NCBI GenBank assembly: GCA_965198115.1
Contig: OZ240241.1
Coordinates: 320,001 to 384,000, forward strand
Origin: Candidatus Latescibacterota bacterium
GTDB taxonomy: Bacteria > Latescibacterota > UBA2968
Reading direction: 5' to 3'
Length of the DNA: 64,000 nt
This document shows, piece after piece, positions 28,663 through 39,034 of the stretch. Made by a program: the position numbers and the translations under genes. Under the pieces are notes generated by a model. It saw nothing but the letters and a program-made list of their open reading frames with translations, did no database searches and was not told where the DNA came from. Every line of letters starts with the position of its first letter. Position 1 is the stretch's first letter.

Positions 28663-29775
28663 ATGAAGTTTAGCGATCTGGTTCTTGCCCCTGACATTCA
28701 GCAGTCCCTCGCCGATATGGGCTATGACGATATGACGCCCATCCAGGAGTCGGCGATTCCTCACATTCTCGAGGGCAAGGATCTGATCGGACTGGCGGAG
28801 ACAGGGTCGGGCAAGACCGGCGCCTGCGCCGTACCGCTCGTGCAGATGGTCGATCCCGATCTGTCGGAGTTGCAGGCTCTGATTCTGGTGCCGACGCGGG
28901 AGCTCGCACAGCAGTATGTGTCCGAGATTGCAAAAGTCTCCCACCACACGAACGTGGCGCCTTTTGCGATGTTCGGTGGGTTCGACATGGACATCCAGCG
29001 GGCCAAGCTCAAGCACGGTGTGCATATTCTGGTCGCAACACCCGGTCGTCTGATCGACTTCGTCTGGAACAACCCGCTGCCGCTCAACCATATCCGGACG
29101 GTGGTTCTGGACGAGGCGGACGAGATGATGAAGATGGGGTTCATCGAGAACGTGGACTTCATCTTCTCGTGTATGATGCACGATCACCAGACCCTGCTGT
29201 TTTCGGCCACGATGCCGAAGGAAGTGAAGCGTCTGGCCGAAGCCTATCAGACGGACCCGGTTCGTATCGAGCTCAACCGCGACCAGGTCGCGCCCCAGTC
29301 GCTGCGGCATTGCTTTACGGTGATTCGGGAAGACGATCGTCTCGATTCGTTGAAGCGGTATCTGAAGCGCGAAGACATCCGGCAGGCGATCCTGTTTTGC
29401 AATTCCCGGACGGGGAGCAGTCGCCTGCTCAGAGACCTTCGCGGCGCCTTCGATTCGGTTGAAATCATCCACGGGGGGCTCGAACAGCCCCAGCGGACGT
29501 CGATTTTCAACCGGTTTCGATCGATGGACATCAAGCTACTCGTGGCGACCGATGTGGCGGCACGCGGTCTGGATTTCGATCACGTGAGTCACGTGATCAA
29601 TTACGAGTATCCGCACACCGAGCTAATTTATACCCATCGGACGGGTCGCGCCGGCCGTATGGGTCGAGAAGGCATCGCGATGACTTTCCTCACGCGACGG
29701 GATTTGGGCGGAATGCGACGACTCATTCAGACGACACGGCTCGAGCCAGAGTGGCTAGGTGATGTCCCGATCTGA
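28663..29775 (+). CDS. DEAD-box RNA helicase; probably extends to 29861 with an RGG tail across a one-base indel
   Basis: AETGSGKT, PTRELA, TPGR, DEAD, SAT, ARGLD and HRTGRAGR motifs. Confidence 0.93.
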   Translation: MKFSDLVLAPDIQQSLADMGYDDMTPIQESAIPHILEGKDLIGLAETGSGKTGACAVPLVQMVDPDLSELQALILVPTRELAQQYVSEIAKVSHHTNVAPFAMFGGFDMDIQRAKLKHGVHILVATPGRLIDFVWNNPLPLNHIRTVVLDEADEMMKMGFIENVDFIFSCMMHDHQTLLFSATMPKEVKRLAEAYQTDPVRIELNRDQVAPQSLRHCFTVIREDDRLDSLKRYLKREDIRQAILFCNSRTGSSRLLRDLRGAFDSVEIIHGGLEQPQRTSIFNRFRSMDIKLLVATDVAARGLDFDHVSHVINYEYPHTELIYTHRTGRAGRMGREGIAMTFLTRRDLGGMRRLIQTTRLEPEWLGDVPI

Positions 29776-29957
29776 GCAAGGCAAGTGGCCGGTCGAGGGG
29801 GAGGAACTTTCATCAGCGCGGTGGCAGACGGGGCGGCCGCGGCCGCCCGCGAAGGTCGTAGTGTGATGTCATTCAGACCAGGAACGATGGTGGGGAATCC
29901 GGGGTCCGACGGTTGGGGTCGTGATCCAGCCGAACACGCGGAGAAAGGACGGCAACG

Positions 29958-30956
29958 ATGGATAAGGTCAGGGTAAAAGAGCAAAAACTCGAGGGAGAGA
30001 TCGTCTCCGTGACGATGACGAGCGACCAGTATGCGCTCACGATGGCGCCACAACTGGGTGGCAAGATCGTGTCGCTCGTGAATCGCAAGACCAAGCGCGA
30101 GGTGCTGTCGAGAACGAACGTGACCTACCGCGAGCGTCGATACGGCGACCCCTTCGAAGACTACGAACGGGATGGTGCGGATGAATGCTTCCCGACGGTC
30201 GGGGGATGCCCGTATCCGGTCTACCCGTGGTCGGGTGTGGAAATACCCGATCACGGTGAAGTCTGGTGCTTGCCGTGGGAGCACGAAGTTCGTCAGGGCA
30301 AACTGCACGGATCGGTTCGCGGTGTTCGTTTGCCCTACCTGTTCGAACGCACGATCAGTTTCGAGACGCTCGCCCGCCACGACAAGCAGTTCATCAGACT
30401 ATCTTACAAAGTGTCGAACGACAGTCCCTACGATATGCCGTTCCTCTACGCATTTCACCCGTTGTTCAAGGCCGAGACGAAGAGCCAGATCCTGTTCCCG
30501 TCCGAGACGAACGTCGTAACGTATTCGAGCAGTGAAGATCGCCTTGGAACGCCGATGACCGAACACCAGTGGCCGCACGTGACGGACTTCACGCTCGACA
30601 AGTCCTACGACCGCAGTGTTGTGCGATCGAGCCGGAACAAGGAGTCGGAAAAGCTGTTCACGACGCCGCTCTCGCAGGGTCGGGCGGCGATGGTCTATCC
30701 GAAGGACGAATACGTGGGGTTCCTGTTCCCGGCCAAGCGGTTCCCCTACCTCGGCTTCTGGGCGAACGAAGGCGACTGGCACGGCCAGCACCAGATCGCG
30801 CTCGAGCCATCGACGTCGCAGGTCGATCGGCTGGACATTGCTGAAGGGTTGAAGACGTGCGGCGTTGTGCCCGCCAACGGGTCGACCGAATGGGATCTGA
30901 GCATGATCCTCGGCAAAGGTCGGGATGAGATGGCTCAGGTTCTGGGCGAGTTCTGA
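29958..30956 (+). CDS. Aldose 1-epimerase/galactose mutarotase-like protein
   Basis: PQLGGKIVSL, GADECFPT, PDHGEVW, YAFHPLF and ALEP motifs. Confidence 0.75.
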   Translation: MDKVRVKEQKLEGEIVSVTMTSDQYALTMAPQLGGKIVSLVNRKTKREVLSRTNVTYRERRYGDPFEDYERDGADECFPTVGGCPYPVYPWSGVEIPDHGEVWCLPWEHEVRQGKLHGSVRGVRLPYLFERTISFETLARHDKQFIRLSYKVSNDSPYDMPFLYAFHPLFKAETKSQILFPSETNVVTYSSSEDRLGTPMTEHQWPHVTDFTLDKSYDRSVVRSSRNKESEKLFTTPLSQGRAAMVYPKDEYVGFLFPAKRFPYLGFWANEGDWHGQHQIALEPSTSQVDRLDIAEGLKTCGVVPANGSTEWDLSMILGKGRDEMAQVLGEF

Positions 30957-30987
30957 CAGGATTGGCGTAAGACGCGTGAGACCCATT

Positions 30988-32397
30988 ATGACACGATGGT
31001 GCGCAGGGCTTGGCTTGACGGCCCTCGTGTTTCTGGCCGCTCCCGGTTGGGCCCAGGACACGCTCGTGCTGCTGTCCCCGCACTCCGACGAGATCCAGAA
31101 CGAGTTCACGGCTGCGTTCGAGGGCCACTACGAGCGCGAGACGGGCCGTGAGATCTCGCTCGAGTGGCTCGACGTGGGGGGCGGGACCAGCTCGATCATG
31201 CGCTACATCAAGGGTGAGTTCGGCCGGTCGCCCGAAGGCATCGAGATCGATCTGTTTTTCGGGGGCGGCCTGGACCCCTACACCGAGCTGGCCGAGATGG
31301 GACTGTTCGAGACCTACCGACTCCCTCGGGAAATCCTGGATCGCGTGCCTGCCGTCATCGGTGGGGGCATTCCGGTTTACGATGCGGGGCACCGCTGGTA
31401 TGGGGCCACGCTCGCCGGCTTCGGCATTGTTTACAACCGGAAGGTGCTGGACATCCTCGGTTTCCCCGTGCCCGACACCTGGGCAGAGCTGGGGAATCCT
31501 AAATATCAGTCGTGGGTGGGTTCGGGAGACCCGCGCTTTTCGGGCAGCGTCCACATGGCCTATGAACTGATCATCCAGGCTTACGGCTGGGAAAAGGGTT
31601 GGGAAGTGATCACGCGAATGGGGGCGAACGTCCGGAACTTCGGCGCGAGCGGGAGTGCGGCCCCCAAGGACGTGGCGGTAGGGGAAGTGGCCTACGGGCT
31701 GTCGATCGATTTCTACGCCTGGGCCCAGATGACCGAGGTGGGCGAGGCGTTTGTCGGTTTTACGATGCCCGACAACATGACGATCGTCAACCCCGATGGT
31801 CTGGGGATCCTCAAGGGGGCGCCTAATCCAGAGGGTGCGAGAGCGTTCGTCCGATTCGTCATGTCGGAACCCGGCCAGAAGCTTTGGTTTTTAAAACAGG
31901 GTGTGCCCGGCGGCCCGGTGAGCGACCAGCTGAACCGTTTTACGGTCGTTCCCGACCTGTATGAAGCGTATCGCGATCAAGCCGCGGTGACGCTCAATCC
32001 TTTTGTCTGGAGATCCGATCTGGTCTACGACTCGGCCAAAGCATCGGCCCGGTGGAGCGTGTTGAACGACCTGATCGGGGTGCTCGTGATCGATTCTCAC
32101 GATCGGCTACGAGCGGCCTGGACCCGAGCGCAGGCCGACGGTCTGACGGACGAGGAGGTGCGCGTCCTGTGTGCGGTACCCGTGTCGGAAAGCGCCGCGC
32201 TCGAGCTGGGAGCGACGTGGAGGACCGACCCGCGTCTGAGAATCAAAAAACTGGATGAATGGAGCGCCTTCGCACGGGACAAGTACGGAGATGCCCGAAG
32301 CGGGTGGGCCCGCGCTTTCGACGTTCTGACGCTCGTGTTTCCGCTTCTGATCGCTGTCGGGACCGTCGTGATGGTGCGTCGGACCGGGGGTGTGTGA
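30988..32397 (+). CDS. ABC substrate-binding protein (Fe3+/thiamine/polyamine class) with a C-terminal TM helix
   Basis: Signal peptide; DLFFGGG, GIVYN, PDTWAEL, DPRFSGS and GILKGAPNPEGARAFVRF motifs. Confidence 0.85.
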   Translation: MTRWCAGLGLTALVFLAAPGWAQDTLVLLSPHSDEIQNEFTAAFEGHYERETGREISLEWLDVGGGTSSIMRYIKGEFGRSPEGIEIDLFFGGGLDPYTELAEMGLFETYRLPREILDRVPAVIGGGIPVYDAGHRWYGATLAGFGIVYNRKVLDILGFPVPDTWAELGNPKYQSWVGSGDPRFSGSVHMAYELIIQAYGWEKGWEVITRMGANVRNFGASGSAAPKDVAVGEVAYGLSIDFYAWAQMTEVGEAFVGFTMPDNMTIVNPDGLGILKGAPNPEGARAFVRFVMSEPGQKLWFLKQGVPGGPVSDQLNRFTVVPDLYEAYRDQAAVTLNPFVWRSDLVYDSAKASARWSVLNDLIGVLVIDSHDRLRAAWTRAQADGLTDEEVRVLCAVPVSESAALELGATWRTDPRLRIKKLDEWSAFARDKYGDARSGWARAFDVLTLVFPLLIAVGTVVMVRRTGGV

Positions 32398-32407
32398 GGC
32401 TGTATCG

Positions 32408-33364
32408 ATGATTCGGATTTTTTCCTACTCACGCGAGTCGAACCGGATGGAGACGCCCGACATCGGCGAACTCCCCCGTCACCTCGCCGATCGGGGTCGC
32501 ACGATCTGGGTCGACCTGGAAGACCCGAACGATGAAGAAACGGGCGTTCTGGGTGGGATCTTCGGGTTCCATATTCTGGCTGTCGAAGACTGTATCGACG
32601 ACGCCTATCTCCCGAAGCTCGATCGCTACGACGGCTACACGTATATGATCTTCCACGCAGCGGATCCCGAAGGACGCGACCGTTTCCAGGCTCAAAAGGT
32701 GGATGTGTTCGTCGGCCCGAATTTTATCGTGACGCATCATCGTTCCGAAATCAAGGGAATCTTCGATACACGCGGTGTCGTCGCAAAAAATCCGGGCACG
32801 CTCCTTCGGTCGGCAGACTGGCCGTTGCACGGCATCCTGAACGCGATGATCGACAATTACCTCCCCGCCGTCACCGGGTTGGAGTCGCGGGTCGAACGTG
32901 CTGAGGCGGCTCTGTCGGGCGGGGATGTCGACGTGGCCGACCTCGTGCAGGCCAGTCGCGAGCTCCTCCTCCTGGAGCGGCTGGCGAAGGAGCAACTTCA
33001 GATCTTGACGACGCTGGCGACTGAGTCCGATTTCGTGCACGACGACAATCGCGTTTACTTCTGCGACGTCGCCGACCATTTGCGGCACATCCACCATCGA
33101 GCGGACTACCACGGCACGCTGGCGTCGGCGGCGGTTGCGGCGGCGACGGCGGTCGAGTCTGGCGGCACGCGTGTCGGATCCAAGGCGACGGCGGCGTTGG
33201 TCGTCGCCCTCGTGCCACCCGTGTTCGTGACGACGTATTTTTCGACGAACTTCGCGCAGCTGCCGGGTTCGGAATTCGGCCAGGGGCCGATCGTGGTGGC
33301 GGCAGCGGCCCTTGTCTACGCGGTGTGCGTCGTTCTGGCGTTTCGCCAGAGACGTTGGCTATGA
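32408..33364 (+). CDS. CorA-family divalent cation transporter with a degenerate GMN motif
   Basis: WVDLEDP, FGFHILAVEDC, PKLDRY and YFCDVADHL motifs; two C-terminal TMs with YFSTNF in place of YGMNF. Confidence 0.8.
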   Translation: MIRIFSYSRESNRMETPDIGELPRHLADRGRTIWVDLEDPNDEETGVLGGIFGFHILAVEDCIDDAYLPKLDRYDGYTYMIFHAADPEGRDRFQAQKVDVFVGPNFIVTHHRSEIKGIFDTRGVVAKNPGTLLRSADWPLHGILNAMIDNYLPAVTGLESRVERAEAALSGGDVDVADLVQASRELLLLERLAKEQLQILTTLATESDFVHDDNRVYFCDVADHLRHIHHRADYHGTLASAAVAAATAVESGGTRVGSKATAALVVALVPPVFVTTYFSTNFAQLPGSEFGQGPIVVAAAALVYAVCVVLAFRQRRWL

Positions 33365-33377
33365 ACGGGGAAGAGAC

Positions 33378-34475
33378 GTGGTCAGCGTAGTCCTCGAGCA
33401 AGTCACCAAGCGGTTCGACACCGTGATCGCGGTCGACCGGGTGAGTCTGGAGGTGGAGGCCGGAGAGTTCTTTTTCCTGCTAGGCCCTTCCGGCTGTGGG
33501 AAGACCACGCTGTTGCGCATGATCGCGGGGTTCTACCGCCCCGAGGGCGGGTGCGTCCGGTTCGGCGACCGGGATGTGACGGATCTGCCACCGAACCTTC
33601 GGAACACGGGCATGGTGTTCCAAAACTATGCGCTCTGGCCGCATATGACGGTTCGAAAGAACGTCGAATACGGTCTGGCCATGCGGGATGTCGGACGGGC
33701 GGAGATGGACACACGCGTCGACGTTGCTTTGGAAATGGTTCGGATGCGAGCCTACGCCGACCGCTCGCCCAACCAGCTGTCCGGTGGCCAACAGCAGCGT
33801 GTGGCGTTGGCGCGTGCCCTCGTGATCGAGCCCGATGTCGTGTTGATGGACGAGCCGCTTTCGAACCTGGACGCACGTCTTCGGCTCGAGATGCGGGAGC
33901 AGATCCTGTCGCTTCACGAGGAGATCGGCACGACGATGATCTACGTCACGCACGATCAGAAAGAGGCGTTGGCCATGTCCCACCGGATGGCGGTGATGGA
34001 TTCGGGGCGGGTCGTGCAGGTGGGGACGCCGCGGGATTTGTATCAGCGTCCTGCGTCCCGTTTCGTGGCGGACTTCATCGGCGAGATCAACCTGATTCCG
34101 GGAAAACTTCTGGACGCCGGATCGCAGCAGGGCGTCGAGACCGATCTGGGTACGCTCACAGCCAGCGAATGCCCGTCGGGGTTGGCGAAGGGGGACGACG
34201 TGCTGTGTGCGATTCGTCCCGAGGGTCTGTCCTTCCTCGAAGGCGAGGTGCCGCTCGGCGACAACTCGGTTTCGGGTCAGGTTCGAACTGTGATCTACCT
34301 GGGCGAAGTCGAGCAATACGTGATCGAGCTCGTCGACGGAACGCAGGTGAAGATGGTCGAGCACGATCCGGTGACGCAGCGTGCCCAACCGGGTGAAGAT
34401 GTTCGATTGCGCTTCAGTCCCTCGCGCGTCGTCCTGCTTCCGGCACGAGGAGAGGGCGATGCTGAGGCGCTATGA
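33378..34475 (+). CDS. ABC importer ATPase (FbpC/PotA-like)
   Basis: GPSGCGKTT, LSGGQQQR and DEPLSNLD motifs; C-terminal TOBE domain. Confidence 0.92.
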   Translation: MVSVVLEQVTKRFDTVIAVDRVSLEVEAGEFFFLLGPSGCGKTTLLRMIAGFYRPEGGCVRFGDRDVTDLPPNLRNTGMVFQNYALWPHMTVRKNVEYGLAMRDVGRAEMDTRVDVALEMVRMRAYADRSPNQLSGGQQQRVALARALVIEPDVVLMDEPLSNLDARLRLEMREQILSLHEEIGTTMIYVTHDQKEALAMSHRMAVMDSGRVVQVGTPRDLYQRPASRFVADFIGEINLIPGKLLDAGSQQGVETDLGTLTASECPSGLAKGDDVLCAIRPEGLSFLEGEVPLGDNSVSGQVRTVIYLGEVEQYVIELVDGTQVKMVEHDPVTQRAQPGEDVRLRFSPSRVVLLPARGEGDAEAL

Positions 34476-36147
34476 TCTGAGTGTCGGGACGGCGGTCTTC
34501 CTGGGCGGACTCCTGATCTTCTTCGGTCTGTTCCTGTTCTACCCCCTCTGGTATGCCTTCCTGAACGCATTCTGGATCGACGGCCGGCTTTCGTTCGAGT
34601 TTTTCGAGTTCATGCTGACGAACCCGGTCTACGTCGAATCGATCCTCAACAGTTTCCGTCTGGCGATGGTGACGACGATCGTGACGACCTTGGTCAGTCT
34701 GCCGCTCGCGTTTCTTCTGGTCCGTTATGATTTTCGCGGAAAGGGTCTGGTGAACGGGCTGTTGCTCGTGCCGATGGTGCTTCCGCCGTTCGTCGGAGCT
34801 ATCGGCATGCGGCAGATGTTCGCCCGGTTCGGCTCGGTCAACCTGCTGCTGATCCAGGCGGGACTGATCGACGAGCCGATCGATTTTTTCGGGGGCGGTG
34901 GGTTTTTGGGTGTGGTTGTGCTCGAAGTGTTGCATCTGTATCCGATCATGTATCTCAACGTGGCTGCAGCCATGTCGAACATCGACCCGAGCATGGACGA
35001 GGCAGCGCGCAACCTCGGGAGTCGCGGCTTCCGTCTGTTCCGGACGGTAACGTTCCCGCTGATGTTGCCCGGTTACTTCGCGGGCGCCATCATCGTGTTC
35101 ATCTGGGCGTTCACAGATCTGGGCACGCCGCTGATCTTCAATTTCCGGCGCGTCGTGGCCGTCGAAATTTTCAACTCCATTTCCGACCTGAACGAGAACC
35201 CCGTTGCCTACGCACTCGTGGTGCTGGTCGTTCTGCTGACGATCTTTTTCTTTTACATTTCCAAGTCGGTGATCGGCGGGCGTCGATACGAGATGATCGC
35301 CCGTGGCCACGTAGCGGGCGCGTCCCGGCAGGCATCGACGGGTATGACGTGGCTGATCTGGGGTGTGATGGTGGTGCTGACGTTCCTGGCGCTGTTGCCC
35401 CACATGAGCATCGTCCTGACGTCGTTCACCGATCGATGGTTCATGTCGGTCTTTCCGGAGTCTTATACGCTCTCGCACTACGGAATGGTGTTCGATCACC
35501 CTCTTTCCTCGTCCAGTATTCAGATTTCGCTGCTGTTGAGCGTGTTGAGTACGATTCTGGACGTGATTCTGGGGATTTCGATCGCCTATCTGCTGTCTCG
35601 TACGAACGTGCCGTTCAAGGGTGTGATAGATGGTATCGCCATGCTGCCCCTGGCGCTACCGGGGATCGTGCTCGCCTTCGGTTACCTGGCGAGCTATTCG
35701 GGGACCTTCCTGGATGCGAGGCACTTTCCATTGCCGTTGCTCGTGATCGCCTATGGGGTCAGACGGTTACCTTACATGATCAGATCCGCCTACGCGGGCT
35801 TTCAGCAGACGAGTGTCGCGCTCGAAGAGGCCTCGCTGAACCTGGGGGCCACGCGGATGCGGACGATGTTTCAGATCACTTTTCCGCTGATCCTGGCAAA
35901 CCTGGTCGCCGGCGGTATTCTGTGTTTCTCGTTCGCCATGCTCGAGGTGAGTGACAGCCTCGTACTGGCGATGAAGGACGAGTATTTCCCGATCACACGA
36001 GCGATCTATGCGCTGATGGGTCGGATATCGGACGGAGCCTATATCGCGAGCGCCATGGGTGTTTTCGGTATGCTTTTGCTCATGGCGAGTCTCTTTCTCG
36101 CGGGCCGATTCCTCGGGCGGCGTATGGGCGAGCTATTCAGAGTTTGA
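34459..36147 (+). CDS. ABC importer permease with a duplicated module (FbpB-like)
   Basis: Two EAA motifs (MDEAARNLG, LEEASLNLGA) and about 12 TM helices. Confidence 0.9.
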   Translation: MLRRYDLSVGTAVFLGGLLIFFGLFLFYPLWYAFLNAFWIDGRLSFEFFEFMLTNPVYVESILNSFRLAMVTTIVTTLVSLPLAFLLVRYDFRGKGLVNGLLLVPMVLPPFVGAIGMRQMFARFGSVNLLLIQAGLIDEPIDFFGGGGFLGVVVLEVLHLYPIMYLNVAAAMSNIDPSMDEAARNLGSRGFRLFRTVTFPLMLPGYFAGAIIVFIWAFTDLGTPLIFNFRRVVAVEIFNSISDLNENPVAYALVVLVVLLTIFFFYISKSVIGGRRYEMIARGHVAGASRQASTGMTWLIWGVMVVLTFLALLPHMSIVLTSFTDRWFMSVFPESYTLSHYGMVFDHPLSSSSIQISLLLSVLSTILDVILGISIAYLLSRTNVPFKGVIDGIAMLPLALPGIVLAFGYLASYSGTFLDARHFPLPLLVIAYGVRRLPYMIRSAYAGFQQTSVALEEASLNLGATRMRTMFQITFPLILANLVAGGILCFSFAMLEVSDSLVLAMKDEYFPITRAIYALMGRISDGAYIASAMGVFGMLLLMASLFLAGRFLGRRMGELFRV

Positions 36148-36148
36148 T

Positions 36149-37117
36149 GTGCTGGGCGTCGCCGCGATTCTCGCGCTGATCTTCGTCGTGATCTGGCGTT
36201 TGACGGCCCCTCGTTCACCGGGGCTAGAAACGGGTGAGGTCAGTGCGCCGGAAAGGGACGTTGCTTCAGAGACGTTCGATCTGATCGCGGGGGACGCCTC
36301 GACCTCGAAATTCATCCACGAACGCTCCGGGGCCGTCGGGGAAATCCTCGTCGACCTGTTCGATCGTATGGGTTTGCCTCGAGCGGACGGTGTGGAGGCG
36401 GTCAGAGGGTTGGGTTTTTCGGTCGTGTCCGAACAGCGCGATGTGCCGTTTTCGCCACGGGTCGTATCCTACAGGGCCACGGTGCTTCGAGCCGCCATCG
36501 AGCGCGGTCTTCTGGTCGGGATCGAGCTGGCTCGAAGGGACGACGACTACGCGTCGGTCGGGGACGACGCGTTCGACGAGTCCGTGCTGGCCGAACACGC
36601 AGAGCAGATCGAGCGCGACCTGTTCGATGAAGAGACCCGGCAGAAGCAGCTCTTCTTTTCGCGCGCGGTCGTGGCGTTGCAGGATATGGTCCAGTCCGAA
36701 TCGGAGGAGGGCCGTCGCTCAACCCTCGGGCAACTCCTTGAGTGTTTCGATCGTGCGCTCGAAGGGCTGCGGACGACGATGGATACGAAGATGGCCGCTG
36801 TCGAGCCTGCCGAAGGATTGCTCTGGGGTGACTCGGCCGACAGACGGCTCTACTATTTCAAGATGGGTGTGACCAACAGTCTCCGCCGGTCGGGTGAGAT
36901 CGCGAGTCTTGGCCATCTCTACAGGTATCAGGGTGTGAACTACGACGTGGCCGAAGCTTACGATCTAGCGGGACAGGAGATTCCGGCGCTCAGGCAGGCC
37001 GAAGGTCTCGGGATCGACCGGGTGCTGACGATGCGACCGGATGAAGTCCATTCGCTCGTCGGACGCGGGCTCCCACCGTCGACCCGTGGCGATGCTTCGT
37101 TCGAAGGAGAATCCTGA
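36149..37117 (+). CDS. Hypothetical membrane-anchored protein
   Basis: N-terminal TM helix VLGVAAILALIFVVIWRL and a long ORF continuing the operon. Confidence 0.6.
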   Translation: MLGVAAILALIFVVIWRLTAPRSPGLETGEVSAPERDVASETFDLIAGDASTSKFIHERSGAVGEILVDLFDRMGLPRADGVEAVRGLGFSVVSEQRDVPFSPRVVSYRATVLRAAIERGLLVGIELARRDDDYASVGDDAFDESVLAEHAEQIERDLFDEETRQKQLFFSRAVVALQDMVQSESEEGRRSTLGQLLECFDRALEGLRTTMDTKMAAVEPAEGLLWGDSADRRLYYFKMGVTNSLRRSGEIASLGHLYRYQGVNYDVAEAYDLAGQEIPALRQAEGLGIDRVLTMRPDEVHSLVGRGLPPSTRGDASFEGES

Positions 37118-37121
37118 AGTC

Positions 37122-39034
37122 GTGGATGACGAAAAAGTATCGATCCTTCTTCCCGTTCCGGCAGGTGAAGGCGATGACGATCCCTGTCAGGCAACGCTGC
37201 ACAGCATTGCCTCCCAGTCCTATCCGTCGACGCTGATCGAGATCTGTCAGGTCCAGTATGTGGAGGACGCCCCAGAAGGGCGGACGTCGGCGCTCAACGC
37301 GGCCCGTGACAATGCGAGCGGGGCCTACCTCGTGCATACGTCGCCCGGGACGACGTGGGATCCTACGAAGATCGAAAGACAGGTGTTACGGCTCGAGGAG
37401 GATGGGACACGCCACGCGACGGCCCACGAAATGCGTGCGGCGCCCATCGGGACGGCATACCACGGACTTTACGCTGCTCCGCAAACTCGGTCTTCGCGTG
37501 GGGAGCCTGATTCGACCCCCCTGGGAATCCGGAAGCCTGATGCTCCGCGCGGACAGAGCCGAAAACCTGGGCGCCTATCGGTATGTGGCGGAGGCTTCTT
37601 GGGAACACGCGGTTCGCCTCGCCTGGAAGGATACGGAGGTGGATCTGGTTTCCGAGTTTGGGAGGGATCGGAACCACCCTGATCGAGGTGGCGGATCTTC
37701 CCGGCATACGGTCGACCTACGCCGATCTGGCGGGGTCGACGTTCGATTATGCAGAATGGCGGTTCGCCCGTCGCGGTCTGAACATCTCGACCGCCGACGT
37801 GACCGATCCGGCCGTCCTGGATGGTGGGCAGTACGACGTCATCACGTGTTTGGACGTGATCGAGCACTTGCCCGATCCGGAGGCGGCCGTCCGGCGTCTG
37901 GTCTCGCTGCTGCGTCCGGGTGGACTGCTCGTGCTGACGGTCACTTTCTACACGAACGAACAGGGCCCCTTCCACCTGAACTGTGACAAATACACGAACG
38001 AGTCGTTTTACGAGATCGTAACGACGCTTGGTATGCGTGAGCTGACGCCATTCGCGCCACGCGTATTCCAGAAGGCGGAAACAGCCGTGACGCGGGCCCA
38101 GGCTTCGACAGGACCGACCTTCCACACCCGGAACGAGGTCGAGCGGTTCCTCCAGGCGTGGTCGGGTGATGTTCGGCTGAACCTGGGATGTGGAACGGAT
38201 CGGCGCGAAGGCTACATCAACGTCGACGCTTACGTGGAGACTGCCGATTTGAGGATGGACGTTTTCGACCTTCCACTCGAAACCGGATCCGTCGACGAGA
38301 TCGTCTCCTCGCACATGCTCGAGCACCTCGGGAAGTATGAGGTTCCGAAGGCGCTGGCAGAGTGGCACCGCGTCCTGAAGGACGGCGGTCGCATTCAGCT
38401 GAATCTGCCCGATCTGGAATGGATGGCCCAGCATTGGCTGGATCAACCGGAAGCCGAACGCTGGGGCTGGACCCTCGACGCGCTTTACGGTCTGCAGACG
38501 CACGCTGGAGAACACCACAAGACGGGCTTCACGGTTGCGCGGGTCGAGCAGTTGCTCTCGGAGGCCGGATTCGGCCGTGCCGTGGTGACCTCGACGTGGT
38601 CACACGGGGTGAAATGCGTTTGGGCGGAGGCGGCAAAGGGCGTCGGTGGTTGTTCGACCGACAGCAACGTGGAACCCGAACGGTTCGCGACGCAGTTCAC
38701 GAGAGACCTGTCCGAGCTGTTCCCGTATGAGTCGTCGGATGTCGAGGCTTTTCTCGAAGATGACGAATGGCGATTCGGGTTCGTGGCGTTCGAGTACCTG
38801 ACGGCCGATGGCAGTGTCCGAGGGGTGAGCGTCGCGCTGAAGCGGGACGACGGACAGATGGTGCTTCAGGGTCTTCGCGTGGGCCAGGACCGATTGTCGT
38901 TCCCGAGCTACCTCGATGGGTTGACTGATGCTCAGCGTGTGAAGATCGGAGACTGCATCGGGTCGGCGCTCCAGACCGTGACGAGCAGTCCCCCCCCATC
39001 GGAACGATCGATTCGTGTTCGCGAACTTCGGTGA
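37122..39034 (+). pseudogene. GT2-like domain plus two SAM-methyltransferase domains, frameshifted near 37440 and 37660
   Basis: KVSILLP...LHSIASQSYP...ALNAARDNASG (GT2); YDVITCLDVIEHL; RLNLGCG...SSHMLEHL. Confidence 0.7.
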
